Source: Deinococcales bacterium
GTDB lineage: Bacteria > Deinococcota > Deinococci > Deinococcales > JAAFIG01
Direction: 5' to 3'
DNA length: 64,000 nucleotides
NCBI GenBank assembly: GCA_031414595.1
Contig: JANNVX010000031.1
Span: forward strand, 1 to 64,000
This document shows positions 10,210-19,120 of the stretch, one piece after another. How positions within the stretch are numbered: position 1 is the first letter of the stretch; the number at the start of each line of letters is the position of its first letter. The translations under genes were made by a program, and so were the position numbers. Under the pieces are notes generated by a model that was not told the DNA's origin, ran no database searches, and saw only the letters and a program-made list of their open reading frames with translations.

Positions 10210-11138
10210 GCTTTACCGCCAGTCATGATGCTCCAAGCAAGCATGGTAGCCACAGCAGTGATGGCTAAAAACCGAATCGTGACTTTGGTTTCTGCCCAAC
10301 CGAGTTTTTCAAAATGATGATGAATCGGAGTCATTAGAAAAAGGCGTTTGTCCACCCCATGAAATCGTTCATTGTAGCGCTTAGAAAGGACTTGCAGCAC
10401 TACACTGACAATCGCCATCACAGGGAAAATCGCAGCAATCGGTAGAACCCATGTCCAACCTTGGGTGATATAAACCCCAGCCACAATCCCACCAAGGGCA
10501 TGAGAACCCGCGTCGCCCATGAAAATCTGGGCTTTTGGGGCGTTAAACCATAAGTAGCCAAGCAAAGCCGCAATCGTGAAACCCGCCATTGGCGAAGAAA
10601 CCACCAATGGAATCAAAATAATCGCCACTGTACCCGCGCAAAGTCCATCCAAGCCATCAGAGAAATTGACTGCATTGGCAGTACCAACCGCCACAAAGCA
10701 GTAAAAAGCAGCATCCAACCAAAAACTACCCAGTAAAGAAATTTCACCCGCCACAACATAGGCAAAAATACTCGAGACAAGAATCTGGGCTGGGAATTTA
10801 ATTCGCGCTGGTAAATCACCTCGAGTCGCCGCGCCAAGCATCCGCGCCCGAACAATACCGATGTCGTCCCATGCGCCAATTAAGTACATTCCAAAGGATA
10901 AACCCAGCACTGCCCAGCCTTTGGTGTCGGACATGCCCGTCAAACCAATCAAAACCAGCCAGACTAAAAAGATAGTCAGGGTGAACGGGATTCCGCCCAT
11001 CGTCGGTGTGCCGTCCTTAATCAGATGGGTGGCGGGTCCATCGCGGCGTACCGTCTGCCCCCAACCGCGTTCCTTAGCAAAGCGCAGAAAAATCCCCACA
11101 GCAAACCATGAGATTAAAGCAGTCAGCACAAACCTCAC
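10206..11138 (-). CDS. mraY: Phospho-MurNAc-pentapeptide transferase
   Basis: KDGTPTMGG, NAVNFSDGLDGL, FMGDAGS, PIHHHFE. Confidence 0.98.
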   Translation of the reverse strand: MRFVLTALISWFAVGIFLRFAKERGWGQTVRRDGPATHLIKDGTPTMGGIPFTLTIFLVWLVLIGLTGMSDTKGWAVLGLSFGMYLIGAWDDIGIVRARMLGAATRGDLPARIKFPAQILVSSIFAYVVAGEISLLGSFWLDAAFYCFVAVGTANAVNFSDGLDGLCAGTVAIILIPLVVSSPMAGFTIAALLGYLWFNAPKAQIFMGDAGSHALGGIVAGVYITQGWTWVLPIAAIFPVMAIVSVVLQVLSKRYNERFHGVDKRLFLMTPIHHHFEKLGWAETKVTIRFLAITAVATMLAWSIMTGGKA

Positions 11139-12217
11139 CGCGTCACCTCACAAGCTCGAGTTAAAAGTGGGGCAAAGGTTCGGGCATCAAAAAACATCAC
11201 ACTCGAGCCAATTGCCACTGCCAGTGTATCACCACCAACTGCAATTTTTGAACCAGCGCTTGGCAAAGAAATAGTACGAAAAGCATTCAGGTCATTACGG
11301 CTAATTCGTACCTCAGATTTCTCGAGAACAAAGGTATAGTCGGCATTTCGCACCGCCGTACCTTTGACCGCCACAAACGAATTATTTTCTGACAGCAATG
11401 AATACTGGGCAGAATCAAGCTCTTTAACTTGAGTGGTTTGCCCATTTTGCAATACAAACACTTCTTTACCAACCAAAAAATAGGTGCTGTTTGGCAATTC
11501 AAGCACATCTTGTGGCGGAATAGAAAAACGGGTCACTCGAGAACCTAAGAAATTAAAAACATCACCCTCTGAAGTTAAAATGTGCCGTGCCGATAACCGT
11601 GTGGGTTGCCCCGAAACAGCCACACTTTTTGGCAGACCCACAGCTGTTTGCACCAAACCGGCTCGAGGTAAAGCAAACCACCATGTGTTATCCAGCCACA
11701 CTGCACTGCTGACCCGAGTTGGCGCGGACAACCATTCATGCCCAGACTGCCCACGAATCGCGGCTCGAGAGAAAAGTGCTACTGATGTGGCATTCTGCGC
11801 CACACAAACCGTGTCGCCATTGGGATTGACCACCAAACTGACCACAGCACTCGAAGCCGCAACTGCACCAGAACTTGGGGTGACTCGAGTCGGAGCGCAA
11901 GCTGTCAGAAATACAATAGGTAAAAGCCAAAGCAACAAAGATTTTCGTAGAGGCGCAACGAAAATCTTAAGGAATTGTCCGAAAATAAAATCTATGAATC
12001 GTTGGGCGAGGCTATCTTGACCATAAACGCGCACCTTACGGGCATGGTCGCATGCCTCGCCCCTACGAAAAAAATCTCGTGCTAGACCGTAGGGGTTAGG
12101 CATGCCTAACCCTCTTGCAGTCAATGATGATTCAAATCCAAATTGGGATGTTATTTCAGGACAGTTCCGATGGGTGAATTGGTGGGCAAAGCCCACCCTA
12201 CGCTCAAAGCCGTTCAC
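11135..12217 (-). CDS. Hypothetical lipoprotein (beta-rich); start uncertain, 5' part reads in frame through a REP and a MITE
   Basis: Lipobox-like RKSLLLWLLPIVFLTA-C. GTG at 12217 has GGAGG and overlaps the murF end; the frame is open through 11971-12168. Confidence 0.6.
   Translation of the reverse strand: MNGFERRVGFAHQFTHRNCPEITSQFGFESSLTARGLGMPNPYGLARDFFRRGEACDHARKVRVYGQDSLAQRFIDFIFGQFLKIFVAPLRKSLLLWLLPIVFLTACAPTRVTPSSGAVAASSAVVSLVVNPNGDTVCVAQNATSVALFSRAAIRGQSGHEWLSAPTRVSSAVWLDNTWWFALPRAGLVQTAVGLPKSVAVSGQPTRLSARHILTSEGDVFNFLGSRVTRFSIPPQDVLELPNSTYFLVGKEVFVLQNGQTTQVKELDSAQYSLLSENNSFVAVKGTAVRNADYTFVLEKSEVRISRNDLNAFRTISLPSAGSKIAVGGDTLAVAIGSSVMFFDARTFAPLLTRACEVTR
11971..12168. mobile_element. 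MITE-like element (198 bp) with terminal inverted repeats and an internal GTAG-REP doublet
   Basis: Ends GGAATTGTCCGAAAATAA ... TTATTTCAGGACAGTTCC. Inside are an interrupted GGGCGAGGC/ATGCCTCGCCCCTAC and GTAGGGGTTAGGCATGCCTAACCC. Confidence 0.8.
12181..12201 (-). repeat. Solo GTAG-family REP
   Basis: GTAG-GGTGGGC-TTT-GCCCACC hairpin on the minus strand just after the murF stop. Confidence 0.8.
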
Positions 12218-13475
12218 GCAGCACCTCCACAATTTGCTCGAGTTGCACAAATCTCGAGCCTTTGACAAGGATGGTGTCGCCATTTTTAATATCGGGCAAT
12301 ACTCGGGTTTTGGCTTCTTCGGTTGTGGCATACCAAAGTGCGTCTGTACCATTATCAAGCGCAGCTTGGGCAAGCGCGTCGCCGTGTTCGCCAATGGCAA
12401 TCACCAATTGGGCGTGTTTAGCAGCCGTGATTCCGATTTCGCTGTGGTACTGGCGGCTGTGTGTGCCGAGTTCGCGCATATGTCCAAGAATCGCCACTTT
12501 GCGTCCAGTAAACCGTGCCAGTGTCTCGAGACTAGCGGTCACAGACAATGGATTGGCGTTGTAAGCATCGTCTATCAAAGTAATTTGTCCACGTTCGATG
12601 CGGAGTCTTCCCCCTGGAATTTGGCTGTTCTCGAGTCGGGTTTTGGCGGTCTCGAGCGGGATGTTGTAGCGCTGGGCTAGGGCAAGTGCCAAGACTGCAC
12701 TTTCGGCAATTTGGGTACTTGGGGTCTCGAGGGTAATCTGCTGCCCGTGATAGAGAAAGCTAACGGTTTCGGCAGTGGCGTGTAGGTTCGTGGCGTGGTG
12801 GGTGCAGGTCTCGAGAAAACCATAACTCGGGGTGTTCGGGTAACGGTGGGCGGTGTTGCCCGCGACCATGCTATGAGGAGCTTCTAGGATGCGTCCTTTT
12901 TCAAAAGCAACGGTGTCTACATCGCCAAAAAATTCGGTGTGGGCAGCCCCGACCGAGGTAATAATGCCGATGTTTGGCGCAATCAGTGCCATCAGTTCAT
13001 CCATTTCACCGATGTGGTCTATGCCCATTTCAATCACATGGGTGCTACCCGCTTTTACGTTTGAAAGTAAATAACAGGCTAAGTAATTGAGGGTATTGAG
13101 GTTTCCGGGCGTACATGGCACATCCAAAGCACTCGAGACAAGGCTTTTAGCGGTGGTTTTTCCGGCTGAACCCGTGATGCCGATTAACTCGGCTTGGGTG
13201 GTGTCGCGGTGCAGTCTTGCCCAGTGGCGGAGCGCCATAACTGCGTCTGGAACACGCACCGCCCTTGGCACATCCAGATTGGTCAGGATAAACGGTGCGC
13301 CAGCTTCAATTGCCGCCTCAATAAAATCGTTGCCATGCCGCGTTGCGCCTTGCAGTGCCGCGAACGCCGTGTGTTCGTTGCACTCCGAAGTCATAAAAGT
13401 GATGCCCTTAGCGGCTCGAGCATCACTGTCGATAGTGGCTTGGAGTTGTTGGGCATAAAGAAAAGGGTCAATCAT
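12204..13475 (-). CDS. murF: UDP-MurNAc-tripeptide--D-Ala-D-Ala ligase
   Basis: GITGSAGKTTAK, GNLN, EMG, DDAYNANP, LVKGSR. Confidence 0.97.
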   Translation of the reverse strand: MIDPFLYAQQLQATIDSDARAAKGITFMTSECNEHTAFAALQGATRHGNDFIEAAIEAGAPFILTNLDVPRAVRVPDAVMALRHWARLHRDTTQAELIGITGSAGKTTAKSLVSSALDVPCTPGNLNTLNYLACYLLSNVKAGSTHVIEMGIDHIGEMDELMALIAPNIGIITSVGAAHTEFFGDVDTVAFEKGRILEAPHSMVAGNTAHRYPNTPSYGFLETCTHHATNLHATAETVSFLYHGQQITLETPSTQIAESAVLALALAQRYNIPLETAKTRLENSQIPGGRLRIERGQITLIDDAYNANPLSVTASLETLARFTGRKVAILGHMRELGTHSRQYHSEIGITAAKHAQLVIAIGEHGDALAQAALDNGTDALWYATTEEAKTRVLPDIKNGDTILVKGSRFVQLEQIVEVLRERL

Positions 13476-13524
13476 TGTAACCTCGAGCATACAGGTAGTA
13501 AGATGTGTAAATCACTCATTTGTC

Positions 13525-14973
13525 CTACTTTTTGGCACACGGCACAGGGGCAATCCCGTACCGTGCGGCGGTCTCGAGAACAATTTGCCGAAAAACGGGC
13601 GCAGCCCCAAGCGAACCATGAATGTCGTTTTTTGGGGCGTACAACTGCACGGCAATTGTCACTTTTGGCTTGTCCACAGGGAAAAACCCGGCAAAGAGCG
13701 CGTGGTAACGACTCGAGGATTTTTTGCCGTTGTACCAAGTTTCCGAAGTCCCCGTTTTACCACCAACACAGTAATTGGGAACTCGAGCGCGAGGCACACC
13801 TTCATTGACCGTGTACTCGAGCATTTCACGGGTGGTGCGGGCAGCGCTTTCGGAAATGACCCTGCGTGGTTCGGGGATGTCTTGTCCTTCAAATAATTTT
13901 GGCGTAATCAGTTTGCCATCATTGACCAGCACACTAAACGAAGTCGCCAGTTGCAGGGCAGTGGTGGTGAAACCCTGTCCAAAACTATGGGTCGCAAAGT
14001 CTCGAGGTCGCCAATCTTGCCAGTCAGATAAATCATTGCGTTCTAAACTCGGGTCGTTTTTCCACGTTTTTGCGCCAAAACCAAATTTGACCAAATACTC
14101 ATGGAGTTTTTGCGCCCCCAACTGGTCGGCAAAAAAGGAAATTCCAACGTTACTCGAGTAACGCAAAACTTCTTTTAAGGTTAAATCCGAAGGATGCTTA
14201 ATCGCGTCACGCACAGGTGGCGCATTGCGGTACTGACGCTGCATTGGCGCGTACATTGGCGTGTCTGGTGTGGCTCGACCTTCATTGACCAGCATACTGG
14301 CAACCAAGGCTTTAATCGTGCTACCGGGGTCAAAGGTATCGCGGAAGGCACGGTTTTTCCATAGTCCTTCGCGTCCATCTTGCCAATTGGCAGCATCAAA
14401 ACTCGGGGCATTGGCAACCGCCAGTAAACGGTTGGTTTTGGCTTCGAGAATCACCACTGTGCCACCTTCTGAACCAGTGGCAAGCATCGCGTTTTCTAAA
14501 GTCGCTTCGGCGCTGGCTTGCATGGTTGGGTCAAGCGTCAGGATTAAATCTTGACCACTGGCAAGCCAATCATTCTCAAATTTTTCCACGCCGTATAAGC
14601 CTTTGTTAAATACACCGTTGTCATCTTTGCCAACAAACCCAAGCACCCCAGAAGCCAAACGCCCTTGTGGGTATTTACGATTCTGATTAACCGTCTTGCC
14701 TGTGCTTTCAGATAAGGTCACAAATCCTTGTTCGCCACGCAACAAAACCCGTCCGCGTTGCACATCTTTACTGACCACAGGAGCATACGGTAGCCCCAAG
14801 GACAAACCCGTAAACTCGAGCCAAAGCCTGACCATCACCAGTGCCAAGACCCCACCAATCAAAGCAAAACGCCACGGTTGACTTGGGGTTTCCAAAGGCA
14901 TGACCTCGACAGGTGTAAAGACTGTCTCGAGGGGTGTGGGAATGTGTTGGGTTTTGGTTTCGACTTGGGGCAT
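13525..14973 (-). CDS. ftsI: Class B penicillin-binding protein (FtsI-like)
   Basis: PGSTIK (SxxK), YSSN (SxN), KTGT; N-terminal TM. Confidence 0.93.
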   Translation of the reverse strand: MPQVETKTQHIPTPLETVFTPVEVMPLETPSQPWRFALIGGVLALVMVRLWLEFTGLSLGLPYAPVVSKDVQRGRVLLRGEQGFVTLSESTGKTVNQNRKYPQGRLASGVLGFVGKDDNGVFNKGLYGVEKFENDWLASGQDLILTLDPTMQASAEATLENAMLATGSEGGTVVILEAKTNRLLAVANAPSFDAANWQDGREGLWKNRAFRDTFDPGSTIKALVASMLVNEGRATPDTPMYAPMQRQYRNAPPVRDAIKHPSDLTLKEVLRYSSNVGISFFADQLGAQKLHEYLVKFGFGAKTWKNDPSLERNDLSDWQDWRPRDFATHSFGQGFTTTALQLATSFSVLVNDGKLITPKLFEGQDIPEPRRVISESAARTTREMLEYTVNEGVPRARVPNYCVGGKTGTSETWYNGKKSSSRYHALFAGFFPVDKPKVTIAVQLYAPKNDIHGSLGAAPVFRQIVLETAARYGIAPVPCAKK

Positions 14974-14991
14974 GAATACCTAGGAGAGAGA

Positions 14992-15023
14992 CAGGCAAAG
15001 GGCGAAGGGCAAAAGGCAAAGGG
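14992..15023. repeat. Heptamer repeat run (same family as 3490)
   Basis: aggcaaa gggcgaa gggcaaa aggcaaa ggg. Confidence 0.8.
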
Positions 15024-15077
15024 AAGAAGAGTCGGGTTGTACACATTTCTCGAGGTTTAAAAATTGGATAACTAGAT

Positions 15078-15404
15078 TTAGCGCCATTTGGTATCCACCG
15101 AAATTTTTTCTTGGACTTTGAGTAGGGGTTTTAGGGGTTTTAGCGACTTAAATTCAAGTTGTAAACTGCTGGCACTCGAGAATGGAATCATGTTGTTAGC
15201 AAAAGCCCAGCGTCGCACTCGAATCGGGCTTTCTAGGGTATCGAGTTGAAATTGCAATTTGGAACGCTCCTCGGTCAGTTCGACTGTTTCGCCTTGTAAA
15301 TCCAGTAGATTCTGGTCTGAATCCCGAGTCACAAAACGCACCCCGACCAAAATCACCACCAAGGCAGCATAAAAAAGCATAAAACGCTGAATCCGTTCGG
15401 TCAT
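15078..15404 (-). CDS. ftsL: FtsL-like cell division protein
   Basis: TM plus coiled coil plus ESPIRVRRWA; between rsmH and ftsI. Confidence 0.75.
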   Translation of the reverse strand: MTERIQRFMLFYAALVVILVGVRFVTRDSDQNLLDLQGETVELTEERSKLQFQLDTLESPIRVRRWAFANNMIPFSSASSLQLEFKSLKPLKPLLKVQEKISVDTKWR

Positions 15405-16318
15405 GGCTTGATTACCTTTGTACCAACCCGCAATTTGGCACTTCTGGAACGTGGATTTTCCAGCAATTCGGCTTGGGTCGCTTCAAGTGGTTTTTTATGA
15501 AGCGGCTCGAGTTCGGAACGCATAAAACGCTTAACAATGCGGTCTTCAAGCGAATGAAAACTGATTACGGCTAAACGCCCACCTGTTTTGAGAATCTGTT
15601 TTGCCCCATTTAGACCCGCCTCGAGAACCGCCAATTCATCGTTGACGTAGATTCTTAAAGCCTGAAACGTCCGCCGTGCTGGATGAATCCCCCGAGCGTG
15701 CTGCCCCGGATAAGCCCGTTTAATCACGCCTGCCAGTTGGACGGTACTGTTCAATTCGGTTTTTTCGCGTTCTGCCACGATTGCCCGAGCGATTCGCCGT
15801 GAATGACGTTCTTCGCCGTAATCAAAAATAATCTGTGCCAATTCTTCGTACTCGAGATTGTTGACCACATCAGCCGCGCTTTCGCCGCTTTGTGACATCC
15901 GCATGTCTAAAGGCGCATCGGTATGAAACGAAAAACCCCGCGCCGCATCGTCTAACTGAAAACTCGAGACCCCCAAATCAAGCAACACACCATCCACCGC
16001 TTCTGGTACAAGCGTGACCAAATCCCGAAAATTGCCTCGTCTGGTTTCTAAGCCCACCAAACCAGCCTCATTTACCCGTTCAAGCGCAAAAGGGTCTTGG
16101 TCAATCCCAATCACCCGCGCCCCAGCCTCGAGCAACAACCGCGTATGCCCCGCCCCGCCCAATGTCCCATCCACAAAAAGCATCCCTGCTTGTGGCATAA
16201 GCCCAGCCAGCACTTCGGCAGGTAAAACAGGCAAATGCGTAAGTTCAGGCGAAAGGCGAAGGTCGAAAGGCGAAGGTAAACCCTTTGCCCTTTGCCCTTT
16301 GCCCTTTGCCTTTCCCAT
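15401..16318 (-). CDS. rsmH: 16S rRNA m4C1402 methyltransferase
   Basis: HLPVL, DGTLGGAGH, DLGVSSFQLD, FQALRI, ISFHSLEDR, NPRSRSAKLR. The ATG overlaps the mraZ stop (TGATG). Confidence 0.98.
   Translation of the reverse strand: MGKAKGKGQRAKGLPSPFDLRLSPELTHLPVLPAEVLAGLMPQAGMLFVDGTLGGAGHTRLLLEAGARVIGIDQDPFALERVNEAGLVGLETRRGNFRDLVTLVPEAVDGVLLDLGVSSFQLDDAARGFSFHTDAPLDMRMSQSGESAADVVNNLEYEELAQIIFDYGEERHSRRIARAIVAEREKTELNSTVQLAGVIKRAYPGQHARGIHPARRTFQALRIYVNDELAVLEAGLNGAKQILKTGGRLAVISFHSLEDRIVKRFMRSELEPLHKKPLEATQAELLENPRSRSAKLRVGTKVIKP
16247..16313. repeat. Heptamer repeat hairpin inside the 5' coding end of rsmH
   Basis: aggcgaa run and ccctttg run, translated as GKAKGKGQRAKGLPSPFDLRLSP. Confidence 0.85.
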
Positions 16319-16758
16319 CACCCCACCAACCTTTGCAGCACTTCGGGTAAATCGGTTTGCTTTGGCGGCTGCATTTGCACTTCGGCAATAATTGCATTCC
16401 ATCGGTCAATGTTCCATAACTCGAGTCGTTTCGGTGCGCCAGTCACGACCACATCGCCCTCGAGCGCCGCATAGCCACGCAGGGTTGTCGGAATCGAAAT
16501 CCGAAAGGCACTATCAAGCCTGATTTTTTGAGCGCCACTGTAAAAAAAACGCATAAAATCCCGACCTGCTTTATCGTTTAAGGGGAGTTCAGTCACGGCT
16601 GTCTCGATGCGTTGCCATTCGGACAAGGGAAAAACATAGACACAACCCTCAAAGCCCCGAGTCAGCACCATGCCATCCTCGACAAACTTACGAAAGTCCG
16701 GCGGCATCACCACCCGACCTTTGTCATCAATTGCGTAAGGGTACTCTCCGAAGGGCAT
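16318..16758 (-). CDS. mraZ: Transcriptional regulator MraZ
   Basis: MPFGEYPYAIDDKGRVVMP, LTRGFEGC, RFFYSGA, LELW. Confidence 0.97.
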   Translation of the reverse strand: MPFGEYPYAIDDKGRVVMPPDFRKFVEDGMVLTRGFEGCVYVFPLSEWQRIETAVTELPLNDKAGRDFMRFFYSGAQKIRLDSAFRISIPTTLRGYAALEGDVVVTGAPKRLELWNIDRWNAIIAEVQMQPPKQTDLPEVLQRLVG

Positions 16759-16843
16759 CTCCCACCCATTCCCACCTCGCCGCCAAGCGCTTCTCGAGAC
16801 CACCCCAAGAATAACCACGCCCAGCAAAAGAAGAAGCGCTGAT

Positions 16844-16888
16844 AACACAGGTTATCACGCTTTCCCCAGATTTACCACTCATTCCCAC
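16844..16888 (-). promoter_or_regulatory. Putative MraZ binding boxes
   Basis: GTGGG, GTGGT, TGGGG, GTGAT, GTGTT at exact 10-bp period on the minus strand upstream of mraZ. Confidence 0.7.
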
Positions 16889-16958
16889 AAAACCCCAAAA
16901 GAAAGGTATTTTTTAGATTGATTTCCCACGAGGCTTGTGATGAATCAAGGTAAGTGGC

Positions 16959-17073
16959 TGTGATTGTGATGCTGTGATGCTTAGAATTATCTGCATGTGA
17001 TGCTTAGAATTATCTGCAAAAAGTGGAATCATACTGTGATGCTTAGAATTATCTGCAAAAAGTGGAATCATAC
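16959..17073. repeat. Ladder of direct repeats (6, 8, 23, 39, 39 bp), all starting TGTGAT
   Basis: tgtgat / tgtgatgc / tgtgatgcttagaattatctgca / two copies of tgtgatgcttagaattatctgcaaaaagtggaatcatac. Confidence 0.9.
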
Positions 17074-17506
17074 GGAATCGAGCGGAATTTAGGCGAATTG
17101 AAACGTAACAGACGGGAAAGTATGCGAGTCTTGGCGGAATGAATTCCGTTTAGGGGTCGCACAGCGCTATTTGTCATAAGCGCCATTATTGCACAGAATT
17201 ATTTGTCAAATTCAACAACATTATTTGTCAAATTTGAAAAGATGGTTTTGAAGATGAGAAAGTAAAGATTGCAGAGGTTCAGGATTTATGAGCAAGATTG
17301 GCTCAGGTTAGAAGCACAAAAAAACTCGAGGTTAATCGGGTTTAGACTTCAGTTTAGTCACTTAAATTGATGGGGTTTCTAGCTTTTGCCAAGCACTCGA
17401 GCAGCGCAGACGGATTCAGTTGCTTCTAAAACAATGTAATGTTCGGGCTGATACACCAGTGCGAGGCGTTCGGCTTCGTCTTTGGCTGACTATCTCTGTC
17501 AATAAT

Positions 17507-17554
17507 AAAATACAGTGCGCCTCGAGAGATTTCCCGAGGCGCACTGTATTTTTT
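17507..17554 (-). terminator. Intrinsic terminator after the tRNA pair (possibly bidirectional)
   Basis: AAAATACAGTGCGCCTCG ... CGAGGCGCACTGTATTTT long stem with A/T tails. Confidence 0.85.
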
Positions 17555-17629
17555 GGTGATCCCAACGAGACTTGAACTCGTGTCTGCGCCTTGAGAGGGC
17601 ACCGTCCTAGACCGCTAGACGATGGGACC
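17554..17629 (-). tRNA. tRNA-Glu (CTC)
   Basis: GGTCCCATCGTCTAGCGG...CTCTCAA...GTTCAAGT...GGGATCACCA; 76 nt, encoded CCA. Confidence 0.95.
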
Positions 17630-17689
17630 ATCGTGGGTTCGCGCCGGTACTGGCGCGGGCTTGCTCGAGGCGGACGTTCTCGAGGGCTT

Positions 17690-17763
17690 TGGCTGGGGAA
17701 CGTGGATTTGAACCACGATAAACAGATCCAGAAACTGTTGTCCTGCCATTAGACGATTCCCCA
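17690..17763 (-). tRNA. tRNA-Gln (CTG)
   Basis: TGGGGAATCGTCTAATGG...TTCTGGA...GGTTCAAATCC...CCCCAGCCA; 74 nt. Confidence 0.95.
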
Positions 17764-17826
17764 CCGTATCAGGCAGACTCGGGAATCCCCGAGCAGGGAT
17801 GAGTGTATCAGGGTGTTTGGTGTGTG

Positions 17827-18846
17827 TCAATGGAGGCTGTGACTGCGTGGTGCAGCACAACTGCTGCGGGTAATCAGCCGACAAGCAAAGCGTTCGAGAT
17901 GGGTTTGATTCAATTGACGACGTTCTATCGCACCAATCACCAATTCGGCAGCCCGTAATCCCATGGTTTGGATTGGCTGGGTAATCACATCTAAGGGCGG
18001 TTCAACCAGACTTGTCCATGAGTAATCATCGAAGGTCAAAAAAGAAATATCTTCGGGAATACGAATGTGTTGCTCTTTCAGCGCCCGAAAAGCACCCGCC
18101 GCTTCGTTGCCAGTCATCGAAAAAATCGCCGTTGGTGGCTCAGGTAAACGCAGTAACTCGAGGGTGCGCCGATACGCGCCTTCTTCGGTCAGGTCGGTGC
18201 TGCGCTGGTAGGCTTTGGGAATTTTTAAGCCCAAGTCGGTCATGATTTCGGTGTAGGCTCTGGCGCGTTCATCTTGGTGAGCCTCAAAAACCGTCAGAGC
18301 AGCAATTTTACGGTGTCCGAGGTTATGTAAATAGCGCAGTCCAGTCTCAACTCCGCCGTGGTTATCAAGCATGATATGACTAAAGCCACTTTCGGGCAAA
18401 AAATGGTCTATCTCGAGGATATATGTGCCTTGTTGGTGTAAGCGCCGTAAATACTCGAGGTTGCCCGTACCAAAAGCCGAGCGAATAATTAAACCACTGA
18501 CCCGTTGCCCGTGGAACATTCGTAGGTTCTCGAGTTCAAGACTGGTGTCGTATTCGTTATCGGCAACAATCAGGGCGTAACCTTTGGCATGAACCGCTTT
18601 GGCAATCGTGCGGGTCAGTTGGGCAAAAAACGGTTCGATGATGTTACCGACCATTAAGCCGATGGTCTGGCTGTGTCCGCGCCGCAGTGCGCCAGCCGTG
18701 CGGTCTGGTTCGTAATTGAGGAATTCTATAGCGGTTTGAACCCGTTCCAAGGTGGCTTTGGTCAGTAAATGCGGTTGATTGACGGCGCGTTTAGCGGTGG
18801 TTGGTGAGACTCCCGCTTTTTTGGCGACATCGAGAATACTGGTCAC
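17827..18846 (-). CDS. LacI-family transcriptional regulator
   Basis: SILDVAKKAGVS HTH, LNYEP, IPEDISFLTFDD; leaderless GTG after TATACT. Confidence 0.95.
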   Translation of the reverse strand: MTSILDVAKKAGVSPTTAKRAVNQPHLLTKATLERVQTAIEFLNYEPDRTAGALRRGHSQTIGLMVGNIIEPFFAQLTRTIAKAVHAKGYALIVADNEYDTSLELENLRMFHGQRVSGLIIRSAFGTGNLEYLRRLHQQGTYILEIDHFLPESGFSHIMLDNHGGVETGLRYLHNLGHRKIAALTVFEAHQDERARAYTEIMTDLGLKIPKAYQRSTDLTEEGAYRRTLELLRLPEPPTAIFSMTGNEAAGAFRALKEQHIRIPEDISFLTFDDYSWTSLVEPPLDVITQPIQTMGLRAAELVIGAIERRQLNQTHLERFACRLITRSSCAAPRSHSLH

Positions 18847-19016
18847 GTGGTCAGTATAACTTTTTAGGGGGCTTTACAAATGTGAGTTCAATCTTGTAGA
18901 GTTCTGACCACGTGACCATTCAAACAAATTCTTGATTTTGCTTGTCAGCAAATCTCGAGAAGCGCAGTTTTCTATTTTTGCGTTTTGTTCACAACAAAAA
19001 TGGACACGTGTCCATT
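18840..19016. promoter_or_regulatory. Three related palindromic operators for the LacI regulator
   Basis: TGGTCACGTGGTCA (18840), TGACCACGTGACCA (18905), AATGGACACGTGTCCATT (18999). Confidence 0.75.
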
Positions 19017-19120
19017 CAAAATTTTAATGGATTTCTGCAAGGGGGTGAAAATAAAAACAAAGCCAGATTCGTGAATTTTTAATCGTCCACACAACTCTTT
19101 AGGTAATTTCAGGAGACCAT

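Noticed and set aside
16959-17073. Possible CRISPR array
   Set aside because: The repeats abut or are separated by identical sequence; there are no unique spacers and no cas genes.
17168-17235. Three TATTTGTCA direct repeats, possible origin or regulator boxes
   Set aside because: They do not match DnaA boxes, and short AT-rich repeats are insufficient evidence.
17416-17884. ORFs overlapping the tRNA region
   Set aside because: The sequence is explained by tRNA-Gln, tRNA-Glu and the terminator.
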